Below, in pieces: positions 28,991 through 38,899 of a stretch of DNA of 64,000 nt. Positions within the stretch are counted from its first letter, which is position 1; every line of letters starts with the position of its first letter. The notes under the pieces are model-generated. The model was not told the origin of the DNA. It was given only the letters and a program-made list of their open reading frames with translations, and searched no databases. Source of the stretch: Bacillota bacterium. GTDB lineage: Bacteria > Bacillota > Sulfobacillia > JAIMAT01. The stretch is taken from contig JASBVM010000005.1 of NCBI GenBank assembly GCA_029961055.1, forward strand, positions 65,487 through 129,486, given 5' to 3'. The translations under genes and the position numbers were made by a program.

Positions 28991-31213
28991 ATGCGCCTGG
29001 CCGCCGTCGCGGTGGACGTGGCCGCGGCCGCCACCGACCGTCTCTTCGACTACTGGATCCCGCCCGAGTGGATCGGCCGGCTGGAGCCGGGCTGGCGCGT
29101 CCGCGTCCCCTTCGGGCACAGCCGGCGGGAGGGCTTTGTCATCGAGCTGCGCCGGGAGCCGTCCGTGCCCGCCTCCCGGGTCCGCTCCATCGCGGCCGTG
29201 CTCGACCCCATGCCGGCCCTGACGCCGGAGGCGCTGGAGCTGGCCCGGTGGCTGGCGCGGGCCTACGGGACCACGCTGGTCCAGGCGCTGCGGGTGATGC
29301 TGCCGGCGGGCCTGCGCGGCGACCGGATCCGGCAGCGGAGCGAAGAGGTGCTCCACCCCGGTCCGGCCTTCGCGGCCGCGGTGGAGGAGGGGCAACGGCT
29401 CTCGGCGGCGCGCCGGCGCGTCCTCGCCCTCCTCCAGGGAGCGCCGGGACCGTGGCGCCGCCCGGAGCTGGAACGGGCCGCCGGGGTGAGCGCCGCCACC
29501 CTCCGGCTGATGGTCAGGGCCGGCCTCCTGTCCGTGGAGCGGCGTCCCCTTCCTCGCAGCCCGCAACCCGCCCCGGTCGCCGGGGACGAGCGGCGCCCCG
29601 AGCTGACGCCGGATCAGGCGGAAGCGGTCGCGGCCGTGCGCCGCGCCCTGGCGGAGGGGCTTCCCACGGTCTTCCTGCTGGAGGGCGTGACGGGGAGCGG
29701 CAAGACGGAGGTCTACCTGCGCGCCCTGGAAGCCGTCCTGGAGGCCGGCCGGCAGGCCATCGTCCTGGTGCCGGAGATCGCTCTCACCCCCCAGACGGTG
29801 GCCCGCTTCCGCGGGCGCTTCGGCGACGGGGTGGCCGTCTTCCACAGCGGCCTCAGCGACGGCGAGCGGTACGACGAGTGGTGGCGGGTCCGCCGGGGCG
29901 AGGCCAGCCTGGTGGTGGGCGCCCGCTCGGCGGTCTTCGCCCCCTGCCAGCGCCTGGGCCTGATCGTGGTCGACGAGGAGCAGGAAGCCAGCTACAAACA
30001 GGAAGAGACGCCCCGCTACCACGCCCGCTCGGTGGCGCTCGAGCGGGCCCGGCGCGCCCGCTGCCCGGTCATCCTGGGCAGCGCCACGCCGGCGCTGGAG
30101 TCGATGGCCGAGGCGGCGCGCGGTCACTACCACCTCCTCCGGCTTCCCACCCGGGTCAACGGCCGGCCGCTCCCCGCGGCCGAGGTGGTGGACATGCGCA
30201 AGGAGCTGGCGGAGGGGAACCGCTCGCTCTTCAGCCGCCGGCTGGCCGAGGCGCTCGACGAGACGCTGGCCCGCGGGGAGCAGTCGGTCCTCCTGCTCAA
30301 CCGGCGAGGCTTTCACACCTTCGTCCTCTGCCGGGAGTGCGGCTACGTCCTGCGCTGCCCGCACTGCGCCGTCTCGCTGGCCTACCATGCGGACCAGCAG
30401 CTGCTCCGCTGCCACTACTGCGGCTGGGCGGAGCGCCCTCCGTCCCGCTGCCCGGGTTGCGGCGGCACCGCCCTGGGCTACCATGGCTCAGGCACGCAGC
30501 GCGTGGAGGAAGAGCTGGCCCAGCGCTGGCCGGGTGCGCGGGTGCTGCGCATGGACGCCGACAGCACCGTCCGGAAGGGCGCCCACGAGGCGATCTACCG
30601 CCGCTTCCTGCGGGGCGAGGCGGACATCCTGGTGGGGACGCAGATGGTGGCCAAGGGCTGGGACGTGGGCGGGGTGACGCTGGTCGGCGTGATCAATGCC
30701 GATACGGCGCTCAACCTGCCCGACTTCCGCGCGGCGGAGCGGACCTTCCAGCTGCTCACCCAGGCGGCCGGCCGGGCCGGCCGCGGCGACCGGCCCGGCC
30801 GGGTGGTGATCCAGAGCTTCGCGCCGGAGCACTACGCCATCCAGGCGGCGCTGCGGATGGACCCCGAGGCCTTCGCGCGGCTGGAGCTGCCGGTCCGGCG
30901 GGAGCTGGGGTATCCTCCCTATCGCCGCCTGGTCCGTCTCCTGGCGCTGGCGGCCAGGCCGCAGGAAGCGGAGCAGGCGGCGGAGGCGGTGGCGCGCCGG
31001 CTGCGCGCGTCGTTGCCGCCCGGCGCCCGCCTGATCGGACCGAGCGAGGCGCCGCTGGGCAGGCTGAAAGGGCAGAGCCGCTGGCACCTGCTGCTCAGCG
31101 GCGAGCGGGTGGGGGCGCTGCGGGACGCGGCCTTGGCCGCCGTCGCCGAGGCCGGCCGGGCCGCGGGCGAGGTGCGACTCCTGGTCGACGTCGACCCGGT
31201 CTCGCTCCTGTAG
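28991..31213 (+). CDS. priA: Primosomal protein N' (replication restart helicase PriA)
   Basis: MRLAAVAVDVAAAATDRLFDYWIP N-terminus, Walker A LEGVTGSGKTEVY, DEEQEASYKQEE (DExH) and a Cys4 zinc-binding insertion (CRECGYVLRCPHC...CHYCGW...CPGCGG). ATG at 28991 within the longer track ORF. Confidence 0.9.
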   Translation: MRLAAVAVDVAAAATDRLFDYWIPPEWIGRLEPGWRVRVPFGHSRREGFVIELRREPSVPASRVRSIAAVLDPMPALTPEALELARWLARAYGTTLVQALRVMLPAGLRGDRIRQRSEEVLHPGPAFAAAVEEGQRLSAARRRVLALLQGAPGPWRRPELERAAGVSAATLRLMVRAGLLSVERRPLPRSPQPAPVAGDERRPELTPDQAEAVAAVRRALAEGLPTVFLLEGVTGSGKTEVYLRALEAVLEAGRQAIVLVPEIALTPQTVARFRGRFGDGVAVFHSGLSDGERYDEWWRVRRGEASLVVGARSAVFAPCQRLGLIVVDEEQEASYKQEETPRYHARSVALERARRARCPVILGSATPALESMAEAARGHYHLLRLPTRVNGRPLPAAEVVDMRKELAEGNRSLFSRRLAEALDETLARGEQSVLLLNRRGFHTFVLCRECGYVLRCPHCAVSLAYHADQQLLRCHYCGWAERPPSRCPGCGGTALGYHGSGTQRVEEELAQRWPGARVLRMDADSTVRKGAHEAIYRRFLRGEADILVGTQMVAKGWDVGGVTLVGVINADTALNLPDFRAAERTFQLLTQAAGRAGRGDRPGRVVIQSFAPEHYAIQAALRMDPEAFARLELPVRRELGYPPYRRLVRLLALAARPQEAEQAAEAVARRLRASLPPGARLIGPSEAPLGRLKGQSRWHLLLSGERVGALRDAALAAVAEAGRAAGEVRLLVDVDPVSLL

Positions 31214-31247
31214 AGGCCAGCCAGGGAAGGAGTCGGATGGTGGAGGT

Positions 31248-32750
31248 ATGGGCGCGAACGGGCAGCAAGAGCAAGAGGAAGCCAGGCGTCCCGCGGCCGC
31301 GGAGAGGGCCGGGCGGCAGAAGGGGGTGATCCGCCCCATCCTGGACTCCTCGCACCCGGAGGTGCGACAGAGGGCCAGACCGGTCCGCCGGGTCACCCGG
31401 CAGATCTGGAAGCTCCTGGACGACATGGCCGTCACCATGTACGACGCCGACGGAGTCGGCCTGGCCGCGCCCCAGATCGGGGTCGACCTGCGCGTCATCG
31501 TGGTCGACGTCGGCGACGGCCTGATCGAGATGGTCAACCCGGAGCTCCTGCGCTCGGAGGGCGAGCAGACCGGCTACGAGGGCTGCCTCAGCGTGCCGGG
31601 CTACGTGGGCGAGGTGACGCGGGCCCGCCACGTCCGCGTCACCGGGCTGGACCGGCAGGGGCGGCGGATCTGGGTGGACGCCGACGACTTCAAGGCGCGG
31701 GCGTTCCAGCACGAGCTCGACCACCTGGAGGGCGTCCTCTACGTGGACAAGGCGCAGCGGCTGGTCCGCCTCCCGCCCGAGACGGCCTACCGGCTGGTCT
31801 TCATGGGCACCCCGGAGTTCGGCGTCACGGTCCTGCGCCGCCTGGCCCGGCACGGCTTCAAGCTGGCCGGCGTGGTCACCCAGCCCGACCGGCCCCGGGC
31901 GCGGGGGCAGGCGGTCCTCCCCTCCCCGGTCAAGCGCCAGGCGCTGGAGTACGGGCTCCCCCTCCTGGAGCCGGAGAACCCGCGCGAGCCCGGCTTCCTG
32001 GAACGGCTGCGGGAGCTCCGCCCGGACGTGATCGTCACCGCCGCCTACGGCTTCGTCCTGCCGCCCGAGGTGCTGGCGGTGCCCAAGCTGGTGGCGCTCA
32101 ACATCCATCCCTCGCTGCTGCCGCGCTACCGCGGCCCGGCCCCGATCCAGCGGGCGCTGATGGCGGGCGAGAGGGAGACGGGCGTCACCGTCATCCGCAT
32201 GTCCGAGCGCGTCGACGCGGGCGAGGTGCTGGCGCAGCGCCCGGTCCCCATCGAGCCGGAGGACGACGCGGGCTCGCTGGGGGCGAAGCTGGCGGCGGCC
32301 GGTGCGGAGCTGGTGATCGACGTCCTCCATCGCCTCGCGGTCGGCGAGGAGGTGCCGGGCGTCCCGCAGGACGAGTCGGCGGCGACCCGGGCGCCCAAGA
32401 TCCGCCCCGAGGAAGAGCGCCTGGACTGGAGCCGCCCCGCGGAGCAGCTCCTCCACCAGATCCGCGCGCTCAGCCCCAAGCCCGGCGCCTACACCTTCTA
32501 CCAGGGGCAGCGGTTCAAGGTCTTCCGCGCCGAGCCGCTGCCGGCGGCCGAGCTCCCGGGAGGCGGGACCGGGGCGCTCCAACCCGGGGAACTGGTGGCG
32601 GTGGACGCTCGCTCGGCGGTGGTCGCCTGCGGCCCGGACGGGGGCCAGCGGCTGCGGCTGCTGGAGGTCCAGGCGGCCGGGCGGCGGAGGATGTCCGTGG
32701 CCGACTTCCTGCGCGGCAACCCGCTCCGGCCCGGGGAGCGCCTTGGCTGA
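31248..32750 (+). CDS. def-fmt: Peptide deformylase fused in frame to methionyl-tRNA formyltransferase (Def-Fmt bifunctional ORF)
   Basis: Def motifs GVGLAAPQIG, EGCLSVPG and QHELDHLEG (about residues 60-170), then with no stop ...AYRLVFMGTPEFGVTVLRRL...QPDRPRARGQ and a complete Fmt domain. The junction codons were verified in frame. A likely Def start is GTG 31326 (VIRPILDSSHPEV...). Confidence 0.8.
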   Translation: MGANGQQEQEEARRPAAAERAGRQKGVIRPILDSSHPEVRQRARPVRRVTRQIWKLLDDMAVTMYDADGVGLAAPQIGVDLRVIVVDVGDGLIEMVNPELLRSEGEQTGYEGCLSVPGYVGEVTRARHVRVTGLDRQGRRIWVDADDFKARAFQHELDHLEGVLYVDKAQRLVRLPPETAYRLVFMGTPEFGVTVLRRLARHGFKLAGVVTQPDRPRARGQAVLPSPVKRQALEYGLPLLEPENPREPGFLERLRELRPDVIVTAAYGFVLPPEVLAVPKLVALNIHPSLLPRYRGPAPIQRALMAGERETGVTVIRMSERVDAGEVLAQRPVPIEPEDDAGSLGAKLAAAGAELVIDVLHRLAVGEEVPGVPQDESAATRAPKIRPEEERLDWSRPAEQLLHQIRALSPKPGAYTFYQGQRFKVFRAEPLPAAELPGGGTGALQPGELVAVDARSAVVACGPDGGQRLRLLEVQAAGRRRMSVADFLRGNPLRPGERLG

Positions 32751-34125
32751 GAGGCCCGGCCGCCGGCCGGCCGGAGCCGGCCGGAGCCGGCGCGGCGCCC
32801 GGGAGGTGGCGCTCCGCGCCTGCCTGAGGGTGGAGGAGGGCGCGCGCAGCCGCGAGGCGCTGGAGGCCGAGCTGGCCCGGGCGCCGGGCCTGGCTGCCGC
32901 CGACCGGCACCTGGCCACGGAGCTGACCTACGGCACCGTCCGCTGGCTGCGCCGCTTCGACTTCCTCCTGGCGCGGACCTCCCGCCGGCCGCTGGCCCGG
33001 CTGCAGCCGCCGCTCCGCTGGGCGCTCCGGATGGCCCTCTACCAGCTGGAGCAGATGAAGATCCCCGAGCACGCGGCGCTCCACGAGACGCTGGAGGCGC
33101 TGCGGGCGGTGGCGGGCCCGGCGCCGGTCGGCTATGCCAACGGGGTGCTGCGGGAGGCGCTCCGCCGCCGCGGCGAGTGGAGCTGGCCCGACGACGGCTC
33201 ACCCGGGAGCCTGGCCGTCCGCCACTCCTTCCCGGACTGGCTGGCGCGCCGCTGGGTGGAGCGGTACGGGGGCGAGGAGGCGGAGCGCCTGATGCGGACC
33301 ATGAACGTGCCGCCGCCTCTGACCGTCCGGCTCAACCGGCTCCGCGCCCGGCCGCAGGAGGCGCTGGAGCGCCTCCGGGCGGCAGGCCTGGAGGCGCGGG
33401 CGGGCCGCTACGAGCCGCAGGCGCTGGAGGTGCGGGGCGCCGCGCCCCGGGAGCTCCCGGGCTGGGAGGAAGGCTGGTACCAGGTCCAGTCCGAGGCGTC
33501 CATCCTGGTCGGGCGCACCGTCGGCGCCCGTCCGGGCGAGCGGGTCCTGGACGTGGCGGCCGCGCCGGGCGGGAAGAGCACCCACCTGGCGGAGCAGATG
33601 GAGGACCGGGGGCTGGTGCTGGCCGTGGACGTGGATGCACGGCGGCTCGGCCGGGTGGAGGAGAACGCCCGCCGGCTCGGCCTCCGCTCGATCCGCGTCC
33701 TGGCCGAGGATGCGCGCCACCTGGCGGAGCGTCTGGAGGCCGCCTCCTTCGACCGCCTCCTGGTGGACGCACCCTGTACCGGCACGGGCGTGCTCAACCG
33801 CCGGGCGGAGGCTCGCTGGCGGAAGCGCCCGCAGGACGTGGGCCGGGCGGCCCGCCTGCAGGCGGAGATCCTGGACGGAGTGGCTCCCTTGCTCCGGCGC
33901 GGGGGGACGCTGGTCTATTCGACGTGTACACTCGAACCTGAGGAGAACCGTGAGACGGTGGAGAGCTTCCTGAGGCGGTGGCCGGGCTACCGGTGGGATC
34001 CGCTGGCTCCCTGGCTGCCGCCGGCGCTGGCCGGGCGGGTCGAGCGGGAGGGCGAGATCCAGTTCCTGCCGCAGCGCGACGGTCTGGATGGCCACTACAT
34101 CGCCCGGCTGGTTCGGGAGGCGTGA
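32743..34125 (+). CDS. rsmB: 16S rRNA (cytosine967-C5)-methyltransferase RsmB (Sun)
   Basis: NusB-like N-terminus; SAM motif VLDVAAAPGGKSTHLAE; LVDAPCTGTGVLNRRAEARWRK; LVYSTCT. Confidence 0.85.
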   Translation: MAERPGRRPAGAGRSRRGAREVALRACLRVEEGARSREALEAELARAPGLAAADRHLATELTYGTVRWLRRFDFLLARTSRRPLARLQPPLRWALRMALYQLEQMKIPEHAALHETLEALRAVAGPAPVGYANGVLREALRRRGEWSWPDDGSPGSLAVRHSFPDWLARRWVERYGGEEAERLMRTMNVPPPLTVRLNRLRARPQEALERLRAAGLEARAGRYEPQALEVRGAAPRELPGWEEGWYQVQSEASILVGRTVGARPGERVLDVAAAPGGKSTHLAEQMEDRGLVLAVDVDARRLGRVEENARRLGLRSIRVLAEDARHLAERLEAASFDRLLVDAPCTGTGVLNRRAEARWRKRPQDVGRAARLQAEILDGVAPLLRRGGTLVYSTCTLEPEENRETVESFLRRWPGYRWDPLAPWLPPALAGRVEREGEIQFLPQRDGLDGHYIARLVREA

Positions 34126-34128
34126 GCG

Positions 34129-35223
34129 ATGCAAGACGAGAGGCAGGCGGCCGCGGGGCTGCCCGATCCGCGGGGCATGGACCGGCAGGAGCTGGAGGCG
34201 TTCGCGCGGAGCGAGGGGCAGCCCGCCTACCGCGGCCGCCAGCTCTTCCGCTGGATCCAGGGGAGGGCCGCCACCGACTTCGAGAGCATGACCGACCTGC
34301 CGGCGGGCTGGCGGGCCAGCCTTGCCGGGCGGATTCCTCTCGAGCCGGCGGAGGTGGTCCGGCGGCAGGTCGATCCGGAGGACGGGACGGTCAAGCTCCT
34401 CCTGCGCCTGCGGGACGGCGAGCTGGTGGAGACGGTGCGCATGCGCTACCGGTACGGTACCAGCGCCTGCATCTCCACCCAGGCGGGCTGCAACGTCGGC
34501 TGCCGCTTCTGCGCCTCCACCCTGGGGGGGAAGCGGCGCGACCTGACGGCGGGGGAGATGGCGGAGCAGGCGCTGGCCATCCAGCGCGAGCTCCTCCCCC
34601 ACGGCGAGCGGCTCTCGCGGCTGGTCCTGATGGGCATGGGAGAGCCGCTGGAGAACTATGAAGAGACGGTCCGCTTCCTCCGCCTGGCGCACGAGCCCGA
34701 GGGGATGGCCATCTCCTACCGGCGCATGACCGTCTCCACCTCCGGGGTGGCGCCGGCCATCGAGCGGCTGGCGGGGGAAGGGCTCCCGGTGACGCTCGCC
34801 ATCTCGCTCCACGCGCCCAACGACGAGCTCCGGCGGCGGCTGGTGCCCATGAACAACCGCTACCCGCTGGCGCGGCTGCTGGAAGCGGCGCGGAGCTACC
34901 TGGAGCGGACGGGACGACGGCTCACCTTCGAATACGTGCTGATCGACCGCGTCAACGACGAGCCGGAGCACGCCCGGGAGCTGGCCGCGCTCCTCCACGG
35001 GCTGCTCTGCCACGTCAACCTGATCCCGCTCAACGAATCGGGCCGGGGTCTGGTCAGCTCGCCGCCGGAGAGGATCGAAGCCTTCCGGCGGGTCCTGGAG
35101 CGAAGCGGCCTGCAGGTGACGGTCCGGCGCTCGCTGGGACAGCAGATCGACGCCGCCTGCGGGCAGCTCCGCCGCCGCGAGGTGGCCGGGGGGGAGCGAC
35201 GCCGGGCGCCGCTCCCCCGCTGA
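34129..35223 (+). CDS. rlmN: 23S rRNA/tRNA m2A methyltransferase RlmN (radical SAM)
   Basis: CNVGCRFCAS radical-SAM cluster with MGMGEPLENY. Confidence 0.9.
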   Translation: MQDERQAAAGLPDPRGMDRQELEAFARSEGQPAYRGRQLFRWIQGRAATDFESMTDLPAGWRASLAGRIPLEPAEVVRRQVDPEDGTVKLLLRLRDGELVETVRMRYRYGTSACISTQAGCNVGCRFCASTLGGKRRDLTAGEMAEQALAIQRELLPHGERLSRLVLMGMGEPLENYEETVRFLRLAHEPEGMAISYRRMTVSTSGVAPAIERLAGEGLPVTLAISLHAPNDELRRRLVPMNNRYPLARLLEAARSYLERTGRRLTFEYVLIDRVNDEPEHARELAALLHGLLCHVNLIPLNESGRGLVSSPPERIEAFRRVLERSGLQVTVRRSLGQQIDAACGQLRRREVAGGERRRAPLPR

Positions 35224-35294
35224 CGGGGGAGCCCGCGTGCCGCCGGGCGGTCCTGGGCGGGGGCGGGCGGGAAGCGGGTCGGGGAGGGAGCGGC

Positions 35295-36065
35295 ATGCGG
35301 GTCGACGCGGCCAGTGACGTGGGCAAGGTCCGCCCTCGCAACGAGGACGCCTGGGTCTGGCGCCGTATCCGGACGCTGGAGCTCCTGGCGGTGGCCGACG
35401 GGCTGGGCGGTCACAGGGCCGGCGACGTGGCCAGCCGGCTGGCGCTGGACGAGCTGGCCAAGGGGCTGGACGTGGACGGCGCCGAGACGGGGGAGGCCAG
35501 CCGGGAGAGCCTGCTCCGGGCCGTCCGCAGGGCGAACCAGGCGGTCTGGGAGGCCGCCCGGGCGCGGGCCGAATGGCAGGGCATGGGGACCACGCTCACC
35601 GCGGCGCTGGTCGACGGCGACCGGCTCACCCTGGCCCATGTGGGCGACAGCCGTGCCTACCTGTGGCGGGCCGGATCCCTCCGCCAGCTGACCTCCGACC
35701 ACTCGCTGGTGCAGGCGCTGGTCGCCCGGGGCGCCCTCAGCGAGGAGGAGGCCGAGCATGTCCCCGAACGGCATATCCTCACCCGGGCGGTGGGGACGTC
35801 CCCCGAGGTGGAGGTCGACGTCCTCGAGATCCGCCTGGAGCCGGGGGACCGCCTGGTCCTGGCGACCGACGGGCTGAGCGCCGCCCTGAACAAGGAGCAG
35901 GTGGCCGCTCTCCTGGCGGAGGGCGGCGATCGGCCGGCCCATCGCCTGGTGGAGGCGGCCAACCGGGGCGGAGCTCCCGACAACGTGACGGTGCTGGTCG
36001 CCGATCTCCCCGCCGGCGGGGAGGAGCAGGACCAGACCGGCCTGGCCGCGGGTGGTCTCGGGTGA
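35295..36065 (+). CDS. prpC: PP2C-family Ser/Thr protein phosphatase (PrpC/Stp)
   Basis: DVGKVRPRNEDAW, LAVADGLGGHRAGDVAS and LATDGLS. Confidence 0.85.
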   Translation: MRVDAASDVGKVRPRNEDAWVWRRIRTLELLAVADGLGGHRAGDVASRLALDELAKGLDVDGAETGEASRESLLRAVRRANQAVWEAARARAEWQGMGTTLTAALVDGDRLTLAHVGDSRAYLWRAGSLRQLTSDHSLVQALVARGALSEEEAEHVPERHILTRAVGTSPEVEVDVLEIRLEPGDRLVLATDGLSAALNKEQVAALLAEGGDRPAHRLVEAANRGGAPDNVTVLVADLPAGGEEQDQTGLAAGGLG

Positions 36066-37987
36066 TCGGACGGGTTCTCGGTGGCCGCTACGAGATCCTG
36101 ACCCGCCTGGGCGGGGGCGGCATGGCCGTGGTCTACAAGGGCCTCGACCGTCTGCTCAACCGGGCCGTGGCGGTCAAGGTCCTGCGGGAACAGTACTCGA
36201 CGGACCCCGAGTTCGTCCGGCGCTTCCGGCGGGAGGCCCAGGCGGCCGCCATGCTGGCCCATCCCAACATCGTCAACGTCTACGACGTGGGCGACGAGGG
36301 CGAGCTTCATTACATCGTGATGGAGTATGTCGAGGGGCGGACGCTCCGCCAGGTGCTGGACGAGGAAGGGAGGCTCCCCCCGGCGCGGGCGGCGCGCATC
36401 GCCGTCCAGATCCTGGACGCGCTCGACGAGGCGCACCGCCACGGCGTCATCCACCGGGACGTCAAGCCGGACAACATCCTCCTCACCCGGGACGACCGGG
36501 TGAAGGTGGCCGACTTCGGCATCGCGCGCGCGGTGACGCAGGCCACGCTGGTCCCCACCGGGGCGATCCTGGGCTCGGCCCACTACATCTCGCCGGAGCA
36601 GGCGCGAGGCAGCCCTCTCGACGGCCGCTCGGACCTCTATTCGGTGGGCGTGCTCCTCTTCCAGCTGCTCAGCGGGGAGCTCCCCTACGACGGGGAGAGC
36701 CCGGTGGAGGTGGCGCTCAAGCGTTTCCAGCAGGATCCGCCCGACCTCTCGCTCCTGGCGCCCGGCGTCCCCGCCGCCCTGGCGGCGGTGGTGCGGAAGG
36801 CCATGGCGCGCCAACCCGGCCTCCGCTACGGCTCGGCCGCCGCCATGGCCGAGGATCTCCGCGCCTTCCTGCTGGGCCAGCCGCTCTCCCACGCGGTGCG
36901 CCTGGAGCCGCCGCCGGATGGGGAGGCGACCATCGAGCTGGGCCGCGCCCCGAGGCCGAGCGGGGAGGAGGCCGGTGAGGCCGCTGCGCCGTCCAAGGGG
37001 GGCCGCGGCGGCGGGAAGCGGGCGCCGGCCCCGCAGCGACGGGGACGCCGGCTCTGGGCCCTGGTGGGGGCGATCGTGCTCCTGCTGGCCGCCGGTGGTT
37101 ACGGCGCCTGGCGGTTGAGCCGCTGGTTCGACGTGCCCACGGTCCGCGTCCCTTCGGTGGTCGGGCAGAGCCTCAGCCAGGCGACGCGCACCCTGCAGGG
37201 GGCGCAGCTCACCCTGAGCGTGGCCGACCAGCGGTACAGCCAGCGCTACCCGGCCAACACCGTCATCTCCCAGGATCCCCGGCCGGGGGCGCAGGTGAAG
37301 GCGGGGCAGCCGGTCCGGGTGGTGGTCTCGCAGGGACCCCAGCAGGTGACGGTGCCCGCGGTGGGCAACATGCGCCAGAGCCAGGCCGAGGCGGTTCTCG
37401 CGGCGCGCGGGCTGCGGACCCAGGTGGTCCAGCAGTACAGCGACTCCGTGGCCACCGGTTACGTGATCGACCAGTCGCCCGCCCCCGGTTCGCCGGTCTC
37501 CCAGGGGAGCACGGTCACCCTGACCGTCAGCCAGGGGCCCAGCGTCACGCAGGTGGTGGTGCCGCCGCTGGTCGGCCTGAGCGTGGACGACGCCTTGGGC
37601 CGGCTCCGCTCGAGCCAGCTGGTCCCCGGCAAGATGAGCTACCAGCGCTCGGGCTACCCGGCGGGGATCGTGGTCTCCACCTCGCCCGCCTCGGGGCAGA
37701 TGGTGGGGTCCGGCAGCTCCGTCGATCTGGTGATCAGCCAGGGCTGCGTCAACCAGGCGCAGCCGACGATCACCGTCCAGGGCGGGGGGGACCAGACCGT
37801 CCAGGTCCGGGTCGACTTGTCGGACGCGTCCGGTACGCGCACCATCTACGAGGCGCCCCACGCGCCCGGCGACAGCTTCCAGGTGAACGCCTGCTGGGGG
37901 AAGGGCGACGCCTACCTGAAGGTCTACGAGAACGGCAACCTGGTCAACCCTCCGGACGGGCAGCTGCTGAAGGGAGGCACGCCTTGA
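36062..37987 (+). CDS. prkC: Ser/Thr protein kinase PrkC with PASTA repeats
   Basis: Kinase domain (GGGGMAVVYKG, HRDVKPDNILL, DFGIARA), a TM segment (LWALVGAIVLLLAAGGYGAW), three PASTA repeats and an extra C-terminal beta-rich domain. GTG start overlaps the prpC stop. Confidence 0.9.
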   Translation: MIGRVLGGRYEILTRLGGGGMAVVYKGLDRLLNRAVAVKVLREQYSTDPEFVRRFRREAQAAAMLAHPNIVNVYDVGDEGELHYIVMEYVEGRTLRQVLDEEGRLPPARAARIAVQILDALDEAHRHGVIHRDVKPDNILLTRDDRVKVADFGIARAVTQATLVPTGAILGSAHYISPEQARGSPLDGRSDLYSVGVLLFQLLSGELPYDGESPVEVALKRFQQDPPDLSLLAPGVPAALAAVVRKAMARQPGLRYGSAAAMAEDLRAFLLGQPLSHAVRLEPPPDGEATIELGRAPRPSGEEAGEAAAPSKGGRGGGKRAPAPQRRGRRLWALVGAIVLLLAAGGYGAWRLSRWFDVPTVRVPSVVGQSLSQATRTLQGAQLTLSVADQRYSQRYPANTVISQDPRPGAQVKAGQPVRVVVSQGPQQVTVPAVGNMRQSQAEAVLAARGLRTQVVQQYSDSVATGYVIDQSPAPGSPVSQGSTVTLTVSQGPSVTQVVVPPLVGLSVDDALGRLRSSQLVPGKMSYQRSGYPAGIVVSTSPASGQMVGSGSSVDLVISQGCVNQAQPTITVQGGGDQTVQVRVDLSDASGTRTIYEAPHAPGDSFQVNACWGKGDAYLKVYENGNLVNPPDGQLLKGGTP

Positions 37988-38880
37988 GCCTGACGGGGCG
38001 GGTCGTCAAGGTCCTCAACCAGTGGTACCAGGTGGAGACGACCGAGGGCACCCTGCCGGCACGGCCGCGGGGCCGCCTGCGCCGCGGCGAGGAAGGGGCC
38101 CCGGTGGCGGGCGACCTGGTCGAGCTGTGGCGGGCTTCCGACGGGACCGCGCGGATCGAACGGCTGCTGCCGCGCCGGAATCGGCTGGAGCGGCCGCCGG
38201 TGGCCAACGTGGACCTCCTCCTGGTGGTCGCATCCTGGGTGGAGCCGCGGGTCGTGCCGGAGCTGGTCGACCGGGCGCTGGTCGAGGCGGAACGCCAGTC
38301 CATCCCGGCGGCGCTGGTGGTCAACAAGGTGGACCGGATCGCCGGCCGGCCGGAGCTCCTGGACGAGGCGCGCCGCTTCCTGGAGGCCTACCGGCGGGTG
38401 GGGTACCCCGCGCTCTTCACCTCCGCCCGCGACGGCACCGGCCTCGCGGAGCTGCGAACGCTCCTCCGGGGCAGCCTGGTGGTGCTGGCAGGCGCCAGCG
38501 GGGTGGGGAAGTCGAGCCTGCTCAACGCGCTCATCCCCGGCGCAAGGCTCCGGACCGGCATGCTCAGCCGGGCCGAGCGCGGCACCCACACCACCCGCCA
38601 CGTGGAGCTGCTGCCCATGCAGGGGGGCGGCTGGGTGGCCGACACGCCGGGCTTTGTCCGCCTCGACCCGCCCGCCCTGGCGGAGCCCGAGGACCTCCGC
38701 CGCTACTTCCCCGAATTCCGGGAGCCGGCCGCTCTCTGCCGCTTTCGGGACTGCCTCCACCTGGAGGAGCCCGAGTGCGGGGTGCGTCGGGCGGTGGAGC
38801 AGGGCGAGATCGACGCCGGCCGCTACGCCCGCTACCGGGGGCTTCTGGAGGAGCTGCGCGCGGTGGCGGAGCGGCGTTGA
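37984..38880 (+). CDS. rsgA: Ribosome small-subunit-dependent GTPase A (RsgA/CpgA)
   Basis: VVNKVDRI, GASGVGKSSLLNAL and Zn finger CRFRDCLHLEEPEC. Confidence 0.85.
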   Translation: MSLTGRVVKVLNQWYQVETTEGTLPARPRGRLRRGEEGAPVAGDLVELWRASDGTARIERLLPRRNRLERPPVANVDLLLVVASWVEPRVVPELVDRALVEAERQSIPAALVVNKVDRIAGRPELLDEARRFLEAYRRVGYPALFTSARDGTGLAELRTLLRGSLVVLAGASGVGKSSLLNALIPGARLRTGMLSRAERGTHTTRHVELLPMQGGGWVADTPGFVRLDPPALAEPEDLRRYFPEFREPAALCRFRDCLHLEEPECGVRRAVEQGEIDAGRYARYRGLLEELRAVAERR

Positions 38881-38899
38881 AGAGGAGGCTGCCAGCCCC

